Origin: Piromyces finnis finn
Lineage: Eukaryota > Fungi > Neocallimastigomycota
Length of the DNA stretch: 64,000 bases
Direction of reading: 5' to 3'
Assembly (NCBI GenBank): GCA_002104945.1
Contig: MCFH01000045.1
Coordinates: 310,001 to 374,000 of the forward strand
The notes below the pieces were generated by a model. The model was given only the letters and a program-made list of their open reading frames with translations, had not been told where the DNA came from and made no database searches. A program made the translations under genes and the position numbers. Position 1 is the stretch's first letter. Every line of letters starts with the position of its first letter. This document shows positions 34,171-49,530 of this stretch, in pieces.

Positions 34171-37100
34171 TATGATTATTAAAAATCTAAAATTATGTAT
34201 TTTAAAAAAATAAAATAAAATTGGAAATTATAAATAATAATAAAAATAAAATAATTTATATTAACAATTTGTAAAATATATATATATTAATATATATTAA
34301 TAGAAAATTAACTAACCTTTATATAAATATTACTTATTATTGCTTTTTCTAATTTACTTAATTTCCCTATAAAACACTAATAAGTTTTTCAAAGTGTTAA
34401 AAAAAAACTAAATAAATTTTAAAATAATTTTCTCTTATTATTTAATAAATTGTAATTCATAAAAATTATTGGTTAAGATTACCAATATAATCATTAATAT
34501 ATGATAATATATTGTATAATAATTAATACAATTGTTGCACTTTGCGGTCCAAAAAATTTTTTTTTTAATTCTTCTATATTAATAAATAAATAAATAAATA
34601 AATAAATATATAAATAAATAGATAAATAAATAGATAAATAAATAGATAAATAAACAAATATATATAAATATATTAATTATTATAACTTTTATATTTTTAA
34701 CTAAAGTCAAAAAGCAAATGATTTTATAAAATTAATGAGAAACAACAAAAGAACATTCAACAATACATAATCATTTTTCTTTTCTTATAAAACTAAACTT
34801 TTTTTTTTTTTTTTCATTTATATCTATACTAATTTTTAATTCAAATAGAAAAAATTAATATTTAAAAATTTAATGAGAAATTTTAAATATTATCATCACC
34901 TAATTAAAACATGAATAAAATAGTTATATACTAAAACAAAAATGAACATTTAATATTTTATACAATATAAAGCATCCTTATCTTTAATTTTCACTAAAAA
35001 AATATTAATAAAAAATCATATGTGATAAAATAAAAATAAAACCTCTATTTTTATTATATAAAGTAAAACAATAAGATAAGAAATTATGTTATTATTTAAA
35101 ATATAATATTTCTATTTTTGGTTTATTTAATTTTATTATATTTTATTTTTTTATTTTTATGAACATACTTATTATTATATATTCATAAATACTCTTTATT
35201 CTTTTCTTTTTTTTTAATCGTTTCTTTTAAAAGATACTTACTATTTAAAAGTTGTTACAACATGTTTCAAATGTTAAACATTCAATCAAATTTTTATAAA
35301 TTATAAAATCATTAAATTTAATCTAAAATTCTATTATATTTTAAATAATATTTATAAGAAAGTAAAATAACAAGTAATGAGAAAATGATTATATTAAGTT
35401 GTATTACTACTCTTATGAGTAACTTCATAATTTATAAAGTTAATTATGGTATTAACTATTACAATATTTAATACTATATAATTTATTTTTTATAGTAAGA
35501 TAGAAGTTTTATATATTAAATCATTTTCATATTATAATCATATATAATAATTATTATAATTCATAGTAAGGAATAAACTGTAAATATTTTAAAAATCATA
35601 AATGTAAATATATAATTATGAAAAAATATTGTTAATTAAATATAAAATGTTAATATTAATATTAAAAATTTGATATATTTCTCAAGTTTTAAATGGATCA
35701 TCCATAAATTAATAATAAAAACTATAGATAATATAAATTTATTTAAATCATTTAATCTTTTTTTTTTCTTTCTTTCTTTCTTTCTTTTTAATAATGGGTA
35801 TATTTAATGTTAACAATAATAAAATTATAATTTTATGACATAAATAATTTTTATTAAACTTCTCTTTTTTCTTATTGTTTCTAAATTATTATATTCATCT
35901 ATAATCAAAAAATAAAGTTATAATAGTTGAATTGCATTATATAAATCAATAATTTTAAATTTTAAATTTATATCAAGATTTTAAAATAAAAATAAAAAAG
36001 TTTATAAATGTCTATATAATAATTTAAAATAAAAGTATACTTAATAATTAATATATTATTGTTAATAACAGATAGATATAATGTATAATTTCAATTTTAT
36101 ATATATAAAATGTGTATGATTTTAATAGTACTTTTTTATCTATAATATTCTAATACTATTAAAATATGTATAAATATTTTTTCCAATTATTTATAAATAT
36201 GATATTTTTTCATATTAATATTGATCAAAACCTTTGGTATATTTTTGCTCAATAGTATAATTTCAGTAATTTCACAAAAATGTATGTATTTATAATAATT
36301 AGCTGTATTTATTATTAATTTTTTTTAATAAACTTTCTTAATGCAAACAGTTATTTTTTTTTATAACCTTAACAAAAAAAAAACTAAATTTATTATTGTT
36401 ATCTTTTTTTTTTTTTTCTTTTAATTATTTATTTACATATATAATATAATAAAAATTAAAAAAAAATGTTTACACTTTAAATTTAAACTATATTATATAA
36501 TATAGTTATTTAATATATTAAAGAATCAAGTTTAAGGTTTTAAAGTTAATTAGTTTTTAGCGAAATAGGATCAATAAAAACAAAAACAAAACAAAACAAA
36601 ACAAAAAAATAATAAATACTACATATATTAAATATAATCTTAATTATATTAATATACTAATTCAAGTAAAATAATTATATATATTTTTTATCCATTATTG
36701 ATTTATTTATTTATTTATTTATTGAATCTTTTTTTTTTTTTTTTTTTCATAATTTTGATTATTTTAAACTAATAGAAATCTCAAAATCTTATTTTATATT
36801 AATTATAATCATACTTGTTATTCAAATAATTTATTTACTTTTTTCACATTTTTAATTTTGATTTCATTTTCTTTTCTTTTTCTTTTTGTATTTCATCATT
36901 ATTCTTTTGTTAACTTTAAGAATTTTTATTTTCACAGTTACTTTTATTTTTATATTTTATTTGGTTATTCATTATATATTTATAATAAAATAACTTATTC
37001 ATTTATTAACAAAAAATTCAGTAATTTTTATATTACATCATAATCATTACTAGTTATTTTCATATATAATAATATTAATAATATTAATATTGAATAACTT

Positions 37101-37462
37101 CCTAATATATTTTATTATAGAAATTATTGATTAAATTTCGAGTAGTAAATTTTATATTAGGAATCATTAATAAAATCATATAATAATAAATATATCAGGA
37201 TAATATAATATATTATCATTAAAGATTCTATCTATAAAAAAATTCTCATTTAAAGAAATAATAAAAACAAATTTAAAACAGGGATTTTAATATTTGTTTT
37301 ATATCTTAATTTCATTCATTTAATATTAATCTCCTCAATCTAATTTAAAGAAATATATCTCTATATTAAATTTAATACTATTATTTACATAAATTGTTTA
37401 AAAATATATACTGTAACTAACAATAACAAAAAGATATAACATAAAAGCAAAACCATTAAAAA

Positions 37463-39391
37463 ATGAACTTTTCTTTATACCCTGATATTTTACCATCTCA
37501 TGCTAAAAACTCGTTTCAAAAAGAATATTTTATTAATGAGGAAATTAATAATGATATATTAGCAAAAGTAAGTTTTTTTTTTTTCGGTTATGATATATTT
37601 ATTATATTATTAAATTGTTCCATTTATTCAATATAAATTATATATTTTTATCAATAAAATTATTCAGTCAAAGGTTAATATAAAAGAAGATATGTACATT
37701 GACGATCCAACTGAAAAAGTCATTATGAAACGTTTTATATCAGCCGTCACAAAAAATATCAAAAAACCATCCAAAGATAATATTAATTTAATTGAAGCAT
37801 ATCCATCAATTGAAGAAAATATTGTTAAAGCTGCATCTATATTATTTTTTTCTATTGGACATTCTTCCCTTCTTCATAGCAAACAGACTTTTGATGAAAA
37901 AGTTCAAGATAATAAATCAGATGATTTAAGTTACGATGATGGAAGCGATAGCGATAGTAGTTGTAATAGTGAAACGGATTACTATTATTGTGGCTATTAT
38001 CCAATGCGCCATAGAATAAAAAGACAAAAACCAAAATGTGAAAAAATTGATAAAGTCTTTAAAAGAGTTATAAGTAATAATTGTACTACCAGAAGACAAA
38101 CTTTAAATTTTGATTACTATGAGAATTTAAAAAATAATAATGATCCTTTAAGTTGTATTAAAAATGAATTCTTTAATGAAAGTAATATAAAAGGAAATGA
38201 TATGAAAATGGTAAAAATATTTATTTACAATTAAAAAATAATTTTTATTTATTAATTATTATAGCAATTATTAATTAATATTTTTGTTATAAATAATAAT
38301 AAATGAAAAAAAAAAAAAAAAAAGATGAATAATTATAATGATAATATAAAAATTAATGATATGGATAATGATGAAATTATGGACGATTCCAATCCATCAA
38401 GAAAAAAGAAAAGAAATATTAAAAGAAAAAGAGATATAAATGATACGAATAATAACAATGATAACTTACTAAATAAAAATAATATTTTTAAGAGTACTCT
38501 TGTCTTTTCCAATCAAACTTCAAATAATTTTGCTTCAGCATATAATATTTCTAATATTAATAATATATCAAGTGTTAATAATAATTTTAATAATGAATTA
38601 ATAATACCAAAAGATTTGAATAATATGAATAATTCAGAATTTTCATCGATGTCATATAGAAAAATAAAATGTAAAACAGATAATACGAATAATTCAACAA
38701 CATCTGTTTTAGTAAATTCAAATATAAAAGGTATGTAATAATATAAATTTTATTATATATTAAATATAAAAAAATAAATAAATAAATAAAAATACATTCT
38801 AAAAATTATTAATCTTAATTATTTTATATATTTTTTGGAATAAAATAATTTTCATATAAAGATAAAATCTCTACTAAAAGTAGTAGTAAAAGCTCCATCA
38901 GTAATAGTTCTTCATCAAATTCGAAATCTTCAAAATCAAATATTAAAAGTAAAGCCGATAAAGTAACGTCACATGATTTGATTAATGGTATTCGATTTTT
39001 TCATCTTCAACCATCTAATGACCCAAATGCAAGAAAATATCTTTGTTCATTTCCAGGATGTACTTCAGCATTCCAAAGAAAATATAATTGTAGATCTCAT
39101 TATTCAAGTGTTCATCTTCAGCTTCGACCATATCATTGTGATTGTGGTATAAACTTTACAAGAAAGTATGATTTATATCGTCATGATTCTATGGTTCATA
39201 GAAGAGGTCCAATGGTAAAAAATTTTAATAATAAAAATAAAAATTCTAATGGAAAAGGAAATAAGAATAGTAAAAATACCAACAATAAAAATAATAATAA
39301 TAATAATAAAAGAATTTTAAATCCAGAACAAAATGATAATATATCATCTTCAATGTCAATTGTTCAGAAATGGAATCAAATACCCCAATAA
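37463..39391 (+). CDS. C2H2 zinc-finger transcription factor, Ace2/Swi5-like fingers; 4 exons
   Basis: YLCSFPGCTSAFQRKYNCRSHYSSVH and RPYHCDCGINFTRKYDLYRHDSMVH resemble Swi5/Ace2 fingers (CxFPGCxKxFxRxYNxRSH). Upstream exons join in frame via gtaagt..cag, gtaaaa..aag and gtatgt..aag introns. Confidence 0.75.
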
Positions 39392-39839
39392 AATAAATTG
39401 TAATTTATACATGAATTCATATTTATTTAATAACAATAATAATATAAAAAATATAGATAAATTATTAAAGGTAGTACTTTTTTTAAATATATATATATAT
39501 TTATTGAGATATAATAAATATATAATTTAATATATAATTAAATTGAATTAAATATCATTAGTAAAACAATAATATAGATTAATAGAAGAAAAGGTTTTTA
39601 GTTAAAACTACCATTTTTATTTTTTCATTTTTTTAATATTTTTATTTATAATTATAAGTATTTATTAAAATTTATTTATATTAAAAATACATTATATAAA
39701 CTTTTTAAGTTAAATAAAAATGTATATTTAATATTATAAAACACAACATTAATAATAATAAAACAAATTAAAATATATATCTATATATATAATCCTCAAC
39801 TATTAAAAGCTCTTTTTATGCTTTATATTAAAACAATAA

Positions 39840-39870
<31 letters not shown>

Positions 39871-40502
39871 AAATCCAATATAAAAAATAAAATACAAACA
39901 TATCTAATAACACCTAATATTTTCTTTAAATTTATTATCATCTTAGTGTTATACTTTGATTTTTCTTAATGGTTTTTCATTTTTCTAAATAAAAGTTTTT
40001 AATGCTTTAACAACACTTTTTATTAATGAATTTTCTCCAAATTTTAACACCTTCATATTTATTTATACATCCAATCTAATATATATCTATTAAATGAAAT
40101 CCAAAATTTTTAACTTTCCATGATCAATTCTTTTCTTTCATCAATAAGTTAAATTATAGTTTAAAGCATCACATTTAAGACTAAAATTAATAAAAAGATA
40201 ATTCAAGCTTTCCAACTTTTTTGAATTATTCTTTATTGAATAACCTTTACTATCTCTAATATTTATTAAATATATTATTTTATTTACTTTATCTTTAATA
40301 ACAAAAAATAATTATGAAGGTATACTAATTAATATAATTATTCAATAATATATATTATTAATATTTTTATTAAATATTTTTGTTACTTTATTGTTTATCT
40401 ATTTTATAAATATATTTTATCTCTTTCTAAATTTTTTATTTTAAATAAATAAATTATTAATATATATATATATATATATTTTTTATTTCTTTTTATTTGT
40501 AA

Positions 40503-40542
<40 letters not shown>

Positions 40543-40829
40543 GATGTTATTGTTTAATTTTGTTTTATTTTTAATTTATTTTTTATTGTTATTTTTAATT
40601 AACTCTACCACTTTCAATATAATTATTAACATTTTTTTGAAAGAAAAAAATCATTAATAATTAAAAGATTCTTGCTTTCTTATTTTTTTTAAAAAAAAAA
40701 AACCAATTTTATATATTAATTTTAGGTTTTTTTAACTTAAAATTAATTAAAAAATTTTTATTTTTATTTTATAAAAATGATTATTTTTTATCATTATTAT
40801 ATTGCTAACTATACTTCTGAATTAATCAT

Positions 40830-42674
40830 TTAGAGCTTTGATTGAGCAACAAAGTTAACACCCTTTTCAATGTTAGCCTTAAGTTGTGGAATACATTCGT
40901 TGTAAAGGTTTTGTTCGAATTCAGATAATTTACCAAGTGGAATGAATTCTTCAATACCGTTCTTGTTGATCTTTAAGGAAGAAGAGAAGAACTTGACACC
41001 ATCAGCCTTAGCGATTGGGCTTTCGACGTAAGAGCAAGCTGTAACAGTCTTACCTAAGACAATAGCGTTTAAAAGCTTGTCAACGAAGAAGGCACCAGCG
41101 TAAGCCATAGAAAGAGTAGCGGAACCCTTACCATTCTTAGCCTTAACAACTATTATTAATAATAAAATATATATATGATTATTATTTATTCAATATTTTT
41201 ATATAAATAACGTTCTTTCTTAAAATATGTTTACCTTCATCACCACCAAATTGAATGTGTTGAGTAAGACTCTTGATTTGAGATTCAGTGAAGTTAGTTC
41301 CTTGAATCTATTTTAAGTTTAAAAGCATTAATAGATATTCTTATTTTATTCATTAAAGAAAATTATTTAATTTACTTACTTGAGAAAGAAGTGGAATGAT
41401 AGTAGTACCAGAGTGACCACCAATAACAGTAATGTCAGTCTTGTTAACATCAAGACCCTTGCATTCAGAAACGAAAGTGTTAGCACGAATAACATCTAAA
41501 GTAGTAACACCGAATAACCTTTTTAAATCAATATAAAAATATATTTAGTATCTTAACAATTTTTATTTCATTGTTATAACCCTTTTTTATTAAAAATTTA
41601 TATATATTATTCATACTTCTTTGGATTGTAGCAACCGTAGGTCTTGAAAACTTCAGCACAAATTGGGACAGTAGAGTTAACTGGGTTGGAGATAACACAA
41701 GTGAAAGCCTTTGGACAGTTCCTAATATATTTATTATTAATATTTAATTCATTTTAAATATATTTTTATTTGTTTAATACATACTTAGCAATAGCAGTAG
41801 CAAGACCCTTAATAATACCAGCATTGATCTTGAAAAGATCATCACGAGTCATACCTGGCTTACGTGGAACACCAGCTGGAATGACAACAATATCACAACC
41901 AGTAAGAGCATTGTCGAGTTCCTTAACACCGTTGAAACCGGTAACCTTAGCCTTAGTGTTAATGTGACTTAAATCAGTGGCAACACCTGGAGCATTAACA
42001 ATATCGTATAAAGCAAGTTCATCAACGAGTGGGTGGTTCTTAAGAATAAGAGAAATGGATTGACCAATACCACCAGCAGCACTGTTATATAATTTTAATT
42101 TTATAAAATTCAATATTCAAATTTATTTAAAATTAAATATTTTTAGAAAATTTGTCAATTTTATATATTAAATATTTTTTTTAAATGAATCTAAATTCTT
42201 ACCCAAGAACAGCGACCTTAACCTTTTTTTTTTAATTTTTATTAATTTTATTATTATTATAATATATAAATAGGTTATTAAATTATTAAATATTAATTTA
42301 TTTAATTAAATTTTAGGGTTTTAAAACTTTTTTCCAGTTTTGTATTTATATATTTTATAAATTTGTTAAAATTTTTAAACTATTTTTTTTATCTTCTTAA
42401 AAATTTAATGTTGAATAAAAAAAAGAGATATTAATATTTAAATAATCCTTTTCTTTTTATCTCTAAATATATACTTTGGTATAAAGCTTTTTGTTAATTT
42501 ATTACTTTATAAACTTTACTTTATAAACTTTATCTCATTTCACTTTTAATTAACATTTAATTTTTACCAATATTATTATTATTATTACTATTGCTATTAT
42601 TATTATATTAAACATTTCATTTTTAATTATTTGTAAATTAATATTAATATATTTTTTAATTTCGAACCCACCAT
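40830..42674 (-). CDS. MDH: NAD-dependent malate dehydrogenase (mitochondrial/glyoxysomal-type sequence, no N-terminal leader, C-terminal SKL); multi-exon
   Basis: M|VKVAVLG|[67 protein letters not shown]; ends VAQSKL*. Strongly biased codons typical of a highly expressed gene. Confidence 0.95.
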
Positions 42675-43293
42675 TTTTGTTAATTTTTTTTATAATTTTT
42701 AAATCTAAAAAATAAAAAGTGATTTCAAAAATATCTTGACTATTTTTTTGCTTTTATAAATTTCAACGTTTGTATCATTGATTTTAATTGATATAATATA
42801 TTTTAATATATTTTAATATATTATTAATTTTAAATAATGATAGGTTAAGAAAAAAAAAGTTATTTGATAAAAATATAATTCTTATTGGCTAAATGAAATT
42901 TTTACATAGATTACAATATTTTTGGTTTCAATGTATAAATTTACCATAGTAATACATTCATACATTTAACGTACAATTATAATAAAATATGTTACATTAA
43001 TCATAATGTTTAATATAATAATTATAAAGCTATTTTAATTTGAAATGGTATATACATCCTACCAAAATTTAAAAATAATTAAAATTAAAAAATAACTAAA
43101 TATATTTACAAAATTTATTTTGACATTATTAAAGGTTTTATCCTTATTTTTTTTTTTTTTTAAAAAAAAAAAAACTAATAAAAACATAATAAATCAAAAA
43201 ATATATATTATTTAAATAAATAAGATTTAAAATAATATTTTTATTGTATAAAATAATAAAAAACTTAATGAATATTTAATTAAATATAGAAAA

Positions 43294-45015
43294 ATGAAAA
43301 AGAAGGTATTTCAGAAGCAAAGCTTATTAATATTTTATAATTTTAAAAAATAGTTAAGCTGAAATAATTTTATTATGTTTTGAAATAATTAATAAAGGTT
43401 TTATTAATGGGTAAGAGTGGCTCTGGAAAAGTAAATATTAATAAAAGTATATTTTTCGAAATTGATATATTTATTAATTAAATGAATTTATTATATACAA
43501 AATGATATTAGACTTCCATGAGATCCATTATTTTTGCAAATTATATTGCAAGAGATACTAGAAGACTTGGCGCAACAAGTAATAAATTGATTTTTCCAAA
43601 AAAATAAAAAATAAAATATTTCAAAAAAACTATAATTTAATAAAAATGAAATTTTTTATTCATTTAAAAAAAAAGTTGATGTTGAACATTCACACGTAAG
43701 ATTCCTTGGAAATTTAGTTTTAAATTTATGGGATTGTGGAGGGTATTATATTAATTTTTAATTATATATATTCAATATATATTTGTTATTAAATAATAAT
43801 TTTATATATAAAAAAGTATAAAATTTTATTATAAATAATTTAAAAATTACATATGCTAATTTAAATAATTATAATAATAATAATAATAATGAAATATAAA
43901 TTTTATATTTTTTAATACATATAATAGTCAAGAAGCTTTTATGGAGAACTATATAGCTAGTCAAAGAAATCATATATTTAGAGATGTTGAAGTTATGATT
44001 TATGTTTTTGATGTAGAAAGTCGAGAATTTGATAAAGATATGCATTATTATCAATCATGTCTAGAGGCAATTTTACAAAATTCAAAAGATGCTAAAATAT
44101 TTTGTTTAATTCATAAAATGGATCTTGTTCAGGAAGAACAACGAGAATTAGTATGTACATTTTTGAATTAATTAGTTTTTTATATTTTCATTTAATTGAT
44201 TATTTATTTTTATATTTAATATAAAAAAATAAAAAAAAATCAAAGATTTTTAAAGAAAGAGAAATAGAATTAAAACAAAGATCATTGCCGTTAGAAATAA
44301 CATGTTTTAAAACCTCTATATGGGATGAAACATTATATATGGTAAGTTATTTTATATAAAGAAGATACAAAGTATATATAAAAATAGTATTTTTATATCT
44401 TGAATAATATTATTTATATAATTTAAAAAGGCATGGTCAAGTATTATATATTCATTAATACCGAACGTTAGAATGCTTGAAAATAGTTTACAAAATTTCT
44501 GTAGTATTTGTGAAGCAGATGAAGTAGTATTATTCGAAAGAGCTACTTTCTTAGTTATATCGCATTCAACTAAGAAACCGCATCATGATATTCATCGTTT
44601 TGAAAAAATATCAAATATCATTAAGCAGTTTAAACTAAGTTGCAGGTAAACAAAATAATAAAATCAGTATAGTTAAGCGTAATTTTATTTTACTAGAATA
44701 GAATAATAATTTTAATGCTTAAACATATATAATTTTTATTTTAAGTAAATCACAAACTTTATTCCAGTCAATGGAAGTAAAAAATTCAAATTTCACTGCA
44801 TTCATTGATGTTTTAACACCAAATACATATATTATGGTTATTATGTCAGATCCTACAATTCGTATGTCTAATTTATTTAAAAATAATATAATATAAAAAT
44901 GGAAATATAGTAATAAATATTTATTATATTATATAATAGAATCTGCAGCTACTGCAATAAATATTAATGTTGCAAGAAAGCATTTTGAAAAAATTGAGAA
45001 AATGGCATCTTTTCG

Positions 45016-45019
<4 letters not shown>
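43294..45019 (+). CDS. GTR1: Rag/Gtr1 small GTPase (RagA/B ortholog); 9 exons
   Basis: MKKK|[11 protein letters not shown]|[30 protein letters not shown]|[36 protein letters not shown]. All introns GT-AG. Confidence 0.96.
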
Positions 45020-45047
<28 letters not shown>

Positions 45048-45352
45048 AAGAAAAAAAAAAAAGGTACAATTAAATATTCAAGAAAAATTAAATTAATTGT
45101 AAAACAATAACATAATAAAATATTTAATAAAAACAAAATTGGAAATTAACAATAATTTAATAATTATTAAACTATTTTTAATATGTAATTTAAAAAGTTA
45201 AACATATTATCTTTATATCTTTTGAAATATGTACATAAGAAATTTCATTTAATAAAATACAATTAAAGACAAATTTTTTATCAATATTTCATAAATAAAA
45301 GAAATTTATCTTTGTTTCATTTTATACTTTGGTCACTATATCATAAATATGA

Positions 45353-45386
<34 letters not shown>

Positions 45387-45681
45387 TTGACAATTAACAA
45401 AAAAAATTTTTTATTAAATTATTGATAATTTATATATATATATTTAAAGTTCATTAACTTTATTTGTAGTTTGAATCAAATAATAATAATCAAAAAAAAA
45501 AAAAAAAAAAAAAGAAAGAAAAAAATGTATATATATATTATTTTTGATATTACTTTTCATTATAACCCTAAATTTACATTTGTTTAGCTGTGATCATATT
45601 ATTTCTTGTTTCTAACCAGATTTACTGAATAGTATTTATGATATTTAACCTAATTTACTCCTTAAAATCATATTCATTGTA

Positions 45682-48077
45682 TTATTTATGAAAAGCACTG
45701 AATAATATAGTTTATAATAAAAATTCATTTTATTGGTTAATAATTAATTGTTAAGAATTACTTAAATATACTAAAATATAATATACATACCACAGCATAA
45801 ATACCAAGTATAAATACATATAAACATAAATCATTGTAAAGTGTTCTCCAAATTATTTTATACTGAACTAAAAAGTTTATGATTTGATTTATAAATAAAA
45901 TTGAAGTATATGAAGCTGGCTTAAAAAATGGTACTATTTCATCCATTATAAACTTAAGTAGTTAAATAAAAAGATATTAATAATTTTAATTTAAAAGAAA
46001 TATTATAGTATTATTATTATATGAATTATATATTTACATATTGAAATCCTAATTGTGCTACAATTAAAATGAATTCTAAAATAACTAAATAACTCCATGG
46101 TGACTACGTATATATAAATAATGATAATAATAAAATAAATAGAATGCCTTTAAGTATATATGTTTAAATGATAATAATTATGAAAATAAATTTGTATATA
46201 TTAAATTCAAAAATATTACAATTTTTTGTTTCCAAGTTTTAATTCTTGTATCATTTTGAGGTTGTTTTAAATATCCCTGATAGCAGTTATTAGTTATTAT
46301 ATTTCCCGTGAAATTATCTATATAACTTTGTTTCCTTTTTAACACTTGATAATCACTTTTTGATGAAAACCAAGTTACTGGTGTTATTTCTACCCATATC
46401 ATATTTTCGCATATATTATTATTTCTACTTGATTTTAAAATAACTTTACTTTTATTATTAACTAAATTCTTATTTAAAGAAAATGATTTTGCTTGAATGG
46501 AATTAGAAGGTTGTTCCTTCGATAAAAATATTAATAACAATAAGATTATAACTACATTATGAATTATCATCCAAATTTTATTAATTAATTTATAACCATC
46601 TTTCCTTCTTTTTTCGTGTTTTTTGGCTTCTTTTATTTCATTTAAGGTGAAATATTCAATATCCTCATTTTCAAAATGATTTGTATCTTGTGAATATGAG
46701 GAATAACTATCACTTGAGGATATATTAACACCCATTTTATCTTTTAATATATATTTTAGGATTTGCTTTCCTAATTCCATTTTTCCTCCATTGTAAAGTA
46801 AAAATGAAATTAATTTTATTATAGTAGTAAAAAATTTAGATTGATATCCATAAAAATTCTTAATTACATCATTAAACATTGATTCTAATAACTCTTCTTG
46901 TTTATGTAATTCAGATTCTTCATCTGAATATAAACTATTTTCAGAAATATATGAATTTTGGATTATTTCTTCTTTAATTTCACCTTCGATAGAATTATTC
47001 TGTATACCTCTTTTAATAGTATTGTTCAACGGACTATATTCTTCCTTATTAATTGAAATTTCCAAATATTTTAATAATAAATTTATTAAAGAATTATTAC
47101 CTTCATCATTATCCTTTTTATCCTTTACACTTTTTATTTTATCATTTCTTACTGTACTATCACTATCATAATATATTGTTTCTTCATCAAGAGCTTCTAA
47201 TTCCTGTTCCTTGTATTCAAGTTCCGTTTCTCGTAATTCTAAATTAAAAGTATTTTATTTATTCTTGTTATTACTTTATAATAATAAAATCTATATTTCT
47301 ACAATATCACTATCTGCTATTATTATAATATTATAATAAAATTTTTCTGTTATTAGTAATAATTTAAATAATTATACCTTTTTCACGAGCTTGTTTTAGC
47401 TCGTGATATAACGTATTAGGAGGTAAATCAGAATAAGAATAATCAAATTTATCACTATAAAAATCATCATCAAAAGTATATATTCTTGATGTTGGAGAAT
47501 GAATTGAATATCTTCTTTTAATTTTTTTATTTTCTTCCTCATTTTGTTTAAAAGATATTGCGCTACTGCTTTTCATTTTTTTTAAACGTCTTATATGTTC
47601 TTTAGAACTTAATAAAATCTTTGGTTTTCTAAAGGATCTTTTTTTAGCAAGAGTTGTAGCACCATTTAAACTACTATGAGATCTATGATGTGAAATTTTC
47701 CCACTTACATGATTATTCTGAGTATTTAGATTGTTGTAAGAATTATTATATTCGTTATTTTCAAAATAGTAACTATTTGAATTTGATAATTGAGATACAT
47801 CAGCAAATGATATTGACCTAGCTCTTCTTTCTCTAAAGCATGCGTTTTTATCTTCTGGAGGATTTTTTAAATTTAAAGATGAATCTCTTCTTAATTTTCT
47901 TGCTAGATTTTCATTATCATTTTGAAAATTAATTTTTCCATAATTATTATTTGAAATGGTTTCTTTCAATATATTCGAATATTTTACTTTTGGATTTACA
48001 TTTAATATATTGTCATTATTTTTTTCATTTTCTTTGTTATTAAATAATTCATTCACATAATTATTACTAAACTGCAT
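45682..48077 (-). CDS. Hypothetical membrane protein: low-complexity N-terminus, one central and several C-terminal hydrophobic segments; multi-exon, 3' end uncertain (stop at 45758 or 45682)
   Basis: ORFs 48077-47379 and about 47240-46220 join in frame (KQAREK|ELRETE). Further exons SPWSYLVILEFILIVAQLGFQY and FIMDEIVPFF...YFSIF have canonical splice sites. Confidence 0.6.
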
Positions 48078-48895
48078 TTTTATTGATATAATAAAAAATA
48101 CTATTATAAATGAAAAATGGTTAAATTATATAAATCAATAATTATAATAATTTTCAATAATAATTTATAATTTAAATAAATAATTCCATTATTTTAAGAA
48201 ATAAAAATAAAATAAGTAAATAACGAATTATTTTTATTTTAAAATAAAAGATAATTATGTATTTTATATAATATTTACTACAAATAAGGTTTTATATCTT
48301 ACCTTTTTAAGAAATATTATTTTGTTGTAATTATTCGTAGTAATAGTAGTAATATTTTGAATATATATATAAAAAAAAAAAAAGTAAAATAATACATTGG
48401 TATATTAATATATTTATTCTTACTGAAATTTTAATTTCATAACCTTTATTAAATTTTATAGATAAAATAAATAAAATAAATATTTTTTACAAATATAATT
48501 ATTTTTACCTAGTATTACAAATTGCAATTTAATTACTATTGTTTTACTGTTTTTTTTTTTTTTTTCTTTTTTTATTATTATTTTATTTTTTTTAAACTCT
48601 ATGTAATTAATATTAAATGGCTATTAATCAAATTATATTTTGATATCAATATATATATACATTATTGAAAAAATCCAATATCAGAATTTTAAAATGTATA
48701 GCCTTATTCTTACTATTATAACAATAATTATTAATAGTATTAATAGTAAACTATTTATTGATTTTATTATATATATAATTTTTTTATTTTTTTATTTTTT
48801 TTTATATTAACATTTTTTTTTTCAAATCCTTTCAAAAAAAATGTTATTGATATTAATATTATTATTATTATTAAGTATAAGAGAAGCAGTATTAA

Positions 48896-48927
<32 letters not shown>

Positions 48928-49530
48928 GATATGAATTAATTAAAATTTATTAATATAATAATATTATATTAATATAAATTAAAAAATATTAAAAAAAATT
49001 TATTGAAGTGTGTCCATTATTCTAATAAATAATACTAAATAAAAAAAAAAGAAAAAAGAAAAAGGTACTTATTATAAATATACTAAATATTATAGTATAG
49101 CGTTATTTAATATAAATATCTTTTTCTTTATTTTCTTTATTTTTAATAGTGATGAAGTGATGTGATAGTAATATATATTTAAACTTTTCTATAATACTAG
49201 CATAAAGGATTTTTATTGGAATAATATATTAGATTATATATTGATTAATATATTATAATATCATTTATGATTTATTCAAGATTATTTAATTTTTTATTTT
49301 AAAATTTTTAAATATTTCTTTAGTTGGTTATTATACATTTCAGAAGGTAAAATATAATTTTAAAATAATTTTAAATTACATTATAAGAAAAAGAATATTA
49401 AATATTTTTATTTTTTATGAAATAATTGATTTATATTTTATTATTAAAATTAATGTTTATGGAAATCTAAAAATTAATTTTAAAATAATAATTGAAATTT
49501 ATATTCAAATTATTAAATTGAATAGACAAA

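Noticed and set aside
39900-40300. Decayed coding-like sequence on the minus strand
   Set aside because: There are short open stretches with protein-like codons but many stops, and I recognise no motif, so a pseudogene call is unsupported.
45017-45042. Poly(A) directly after the GTR1 stop as a retrocopy signature
   Set aside because: The gene retains eight introns, there is no TSD, and long A/T runs are ubiquitous here.
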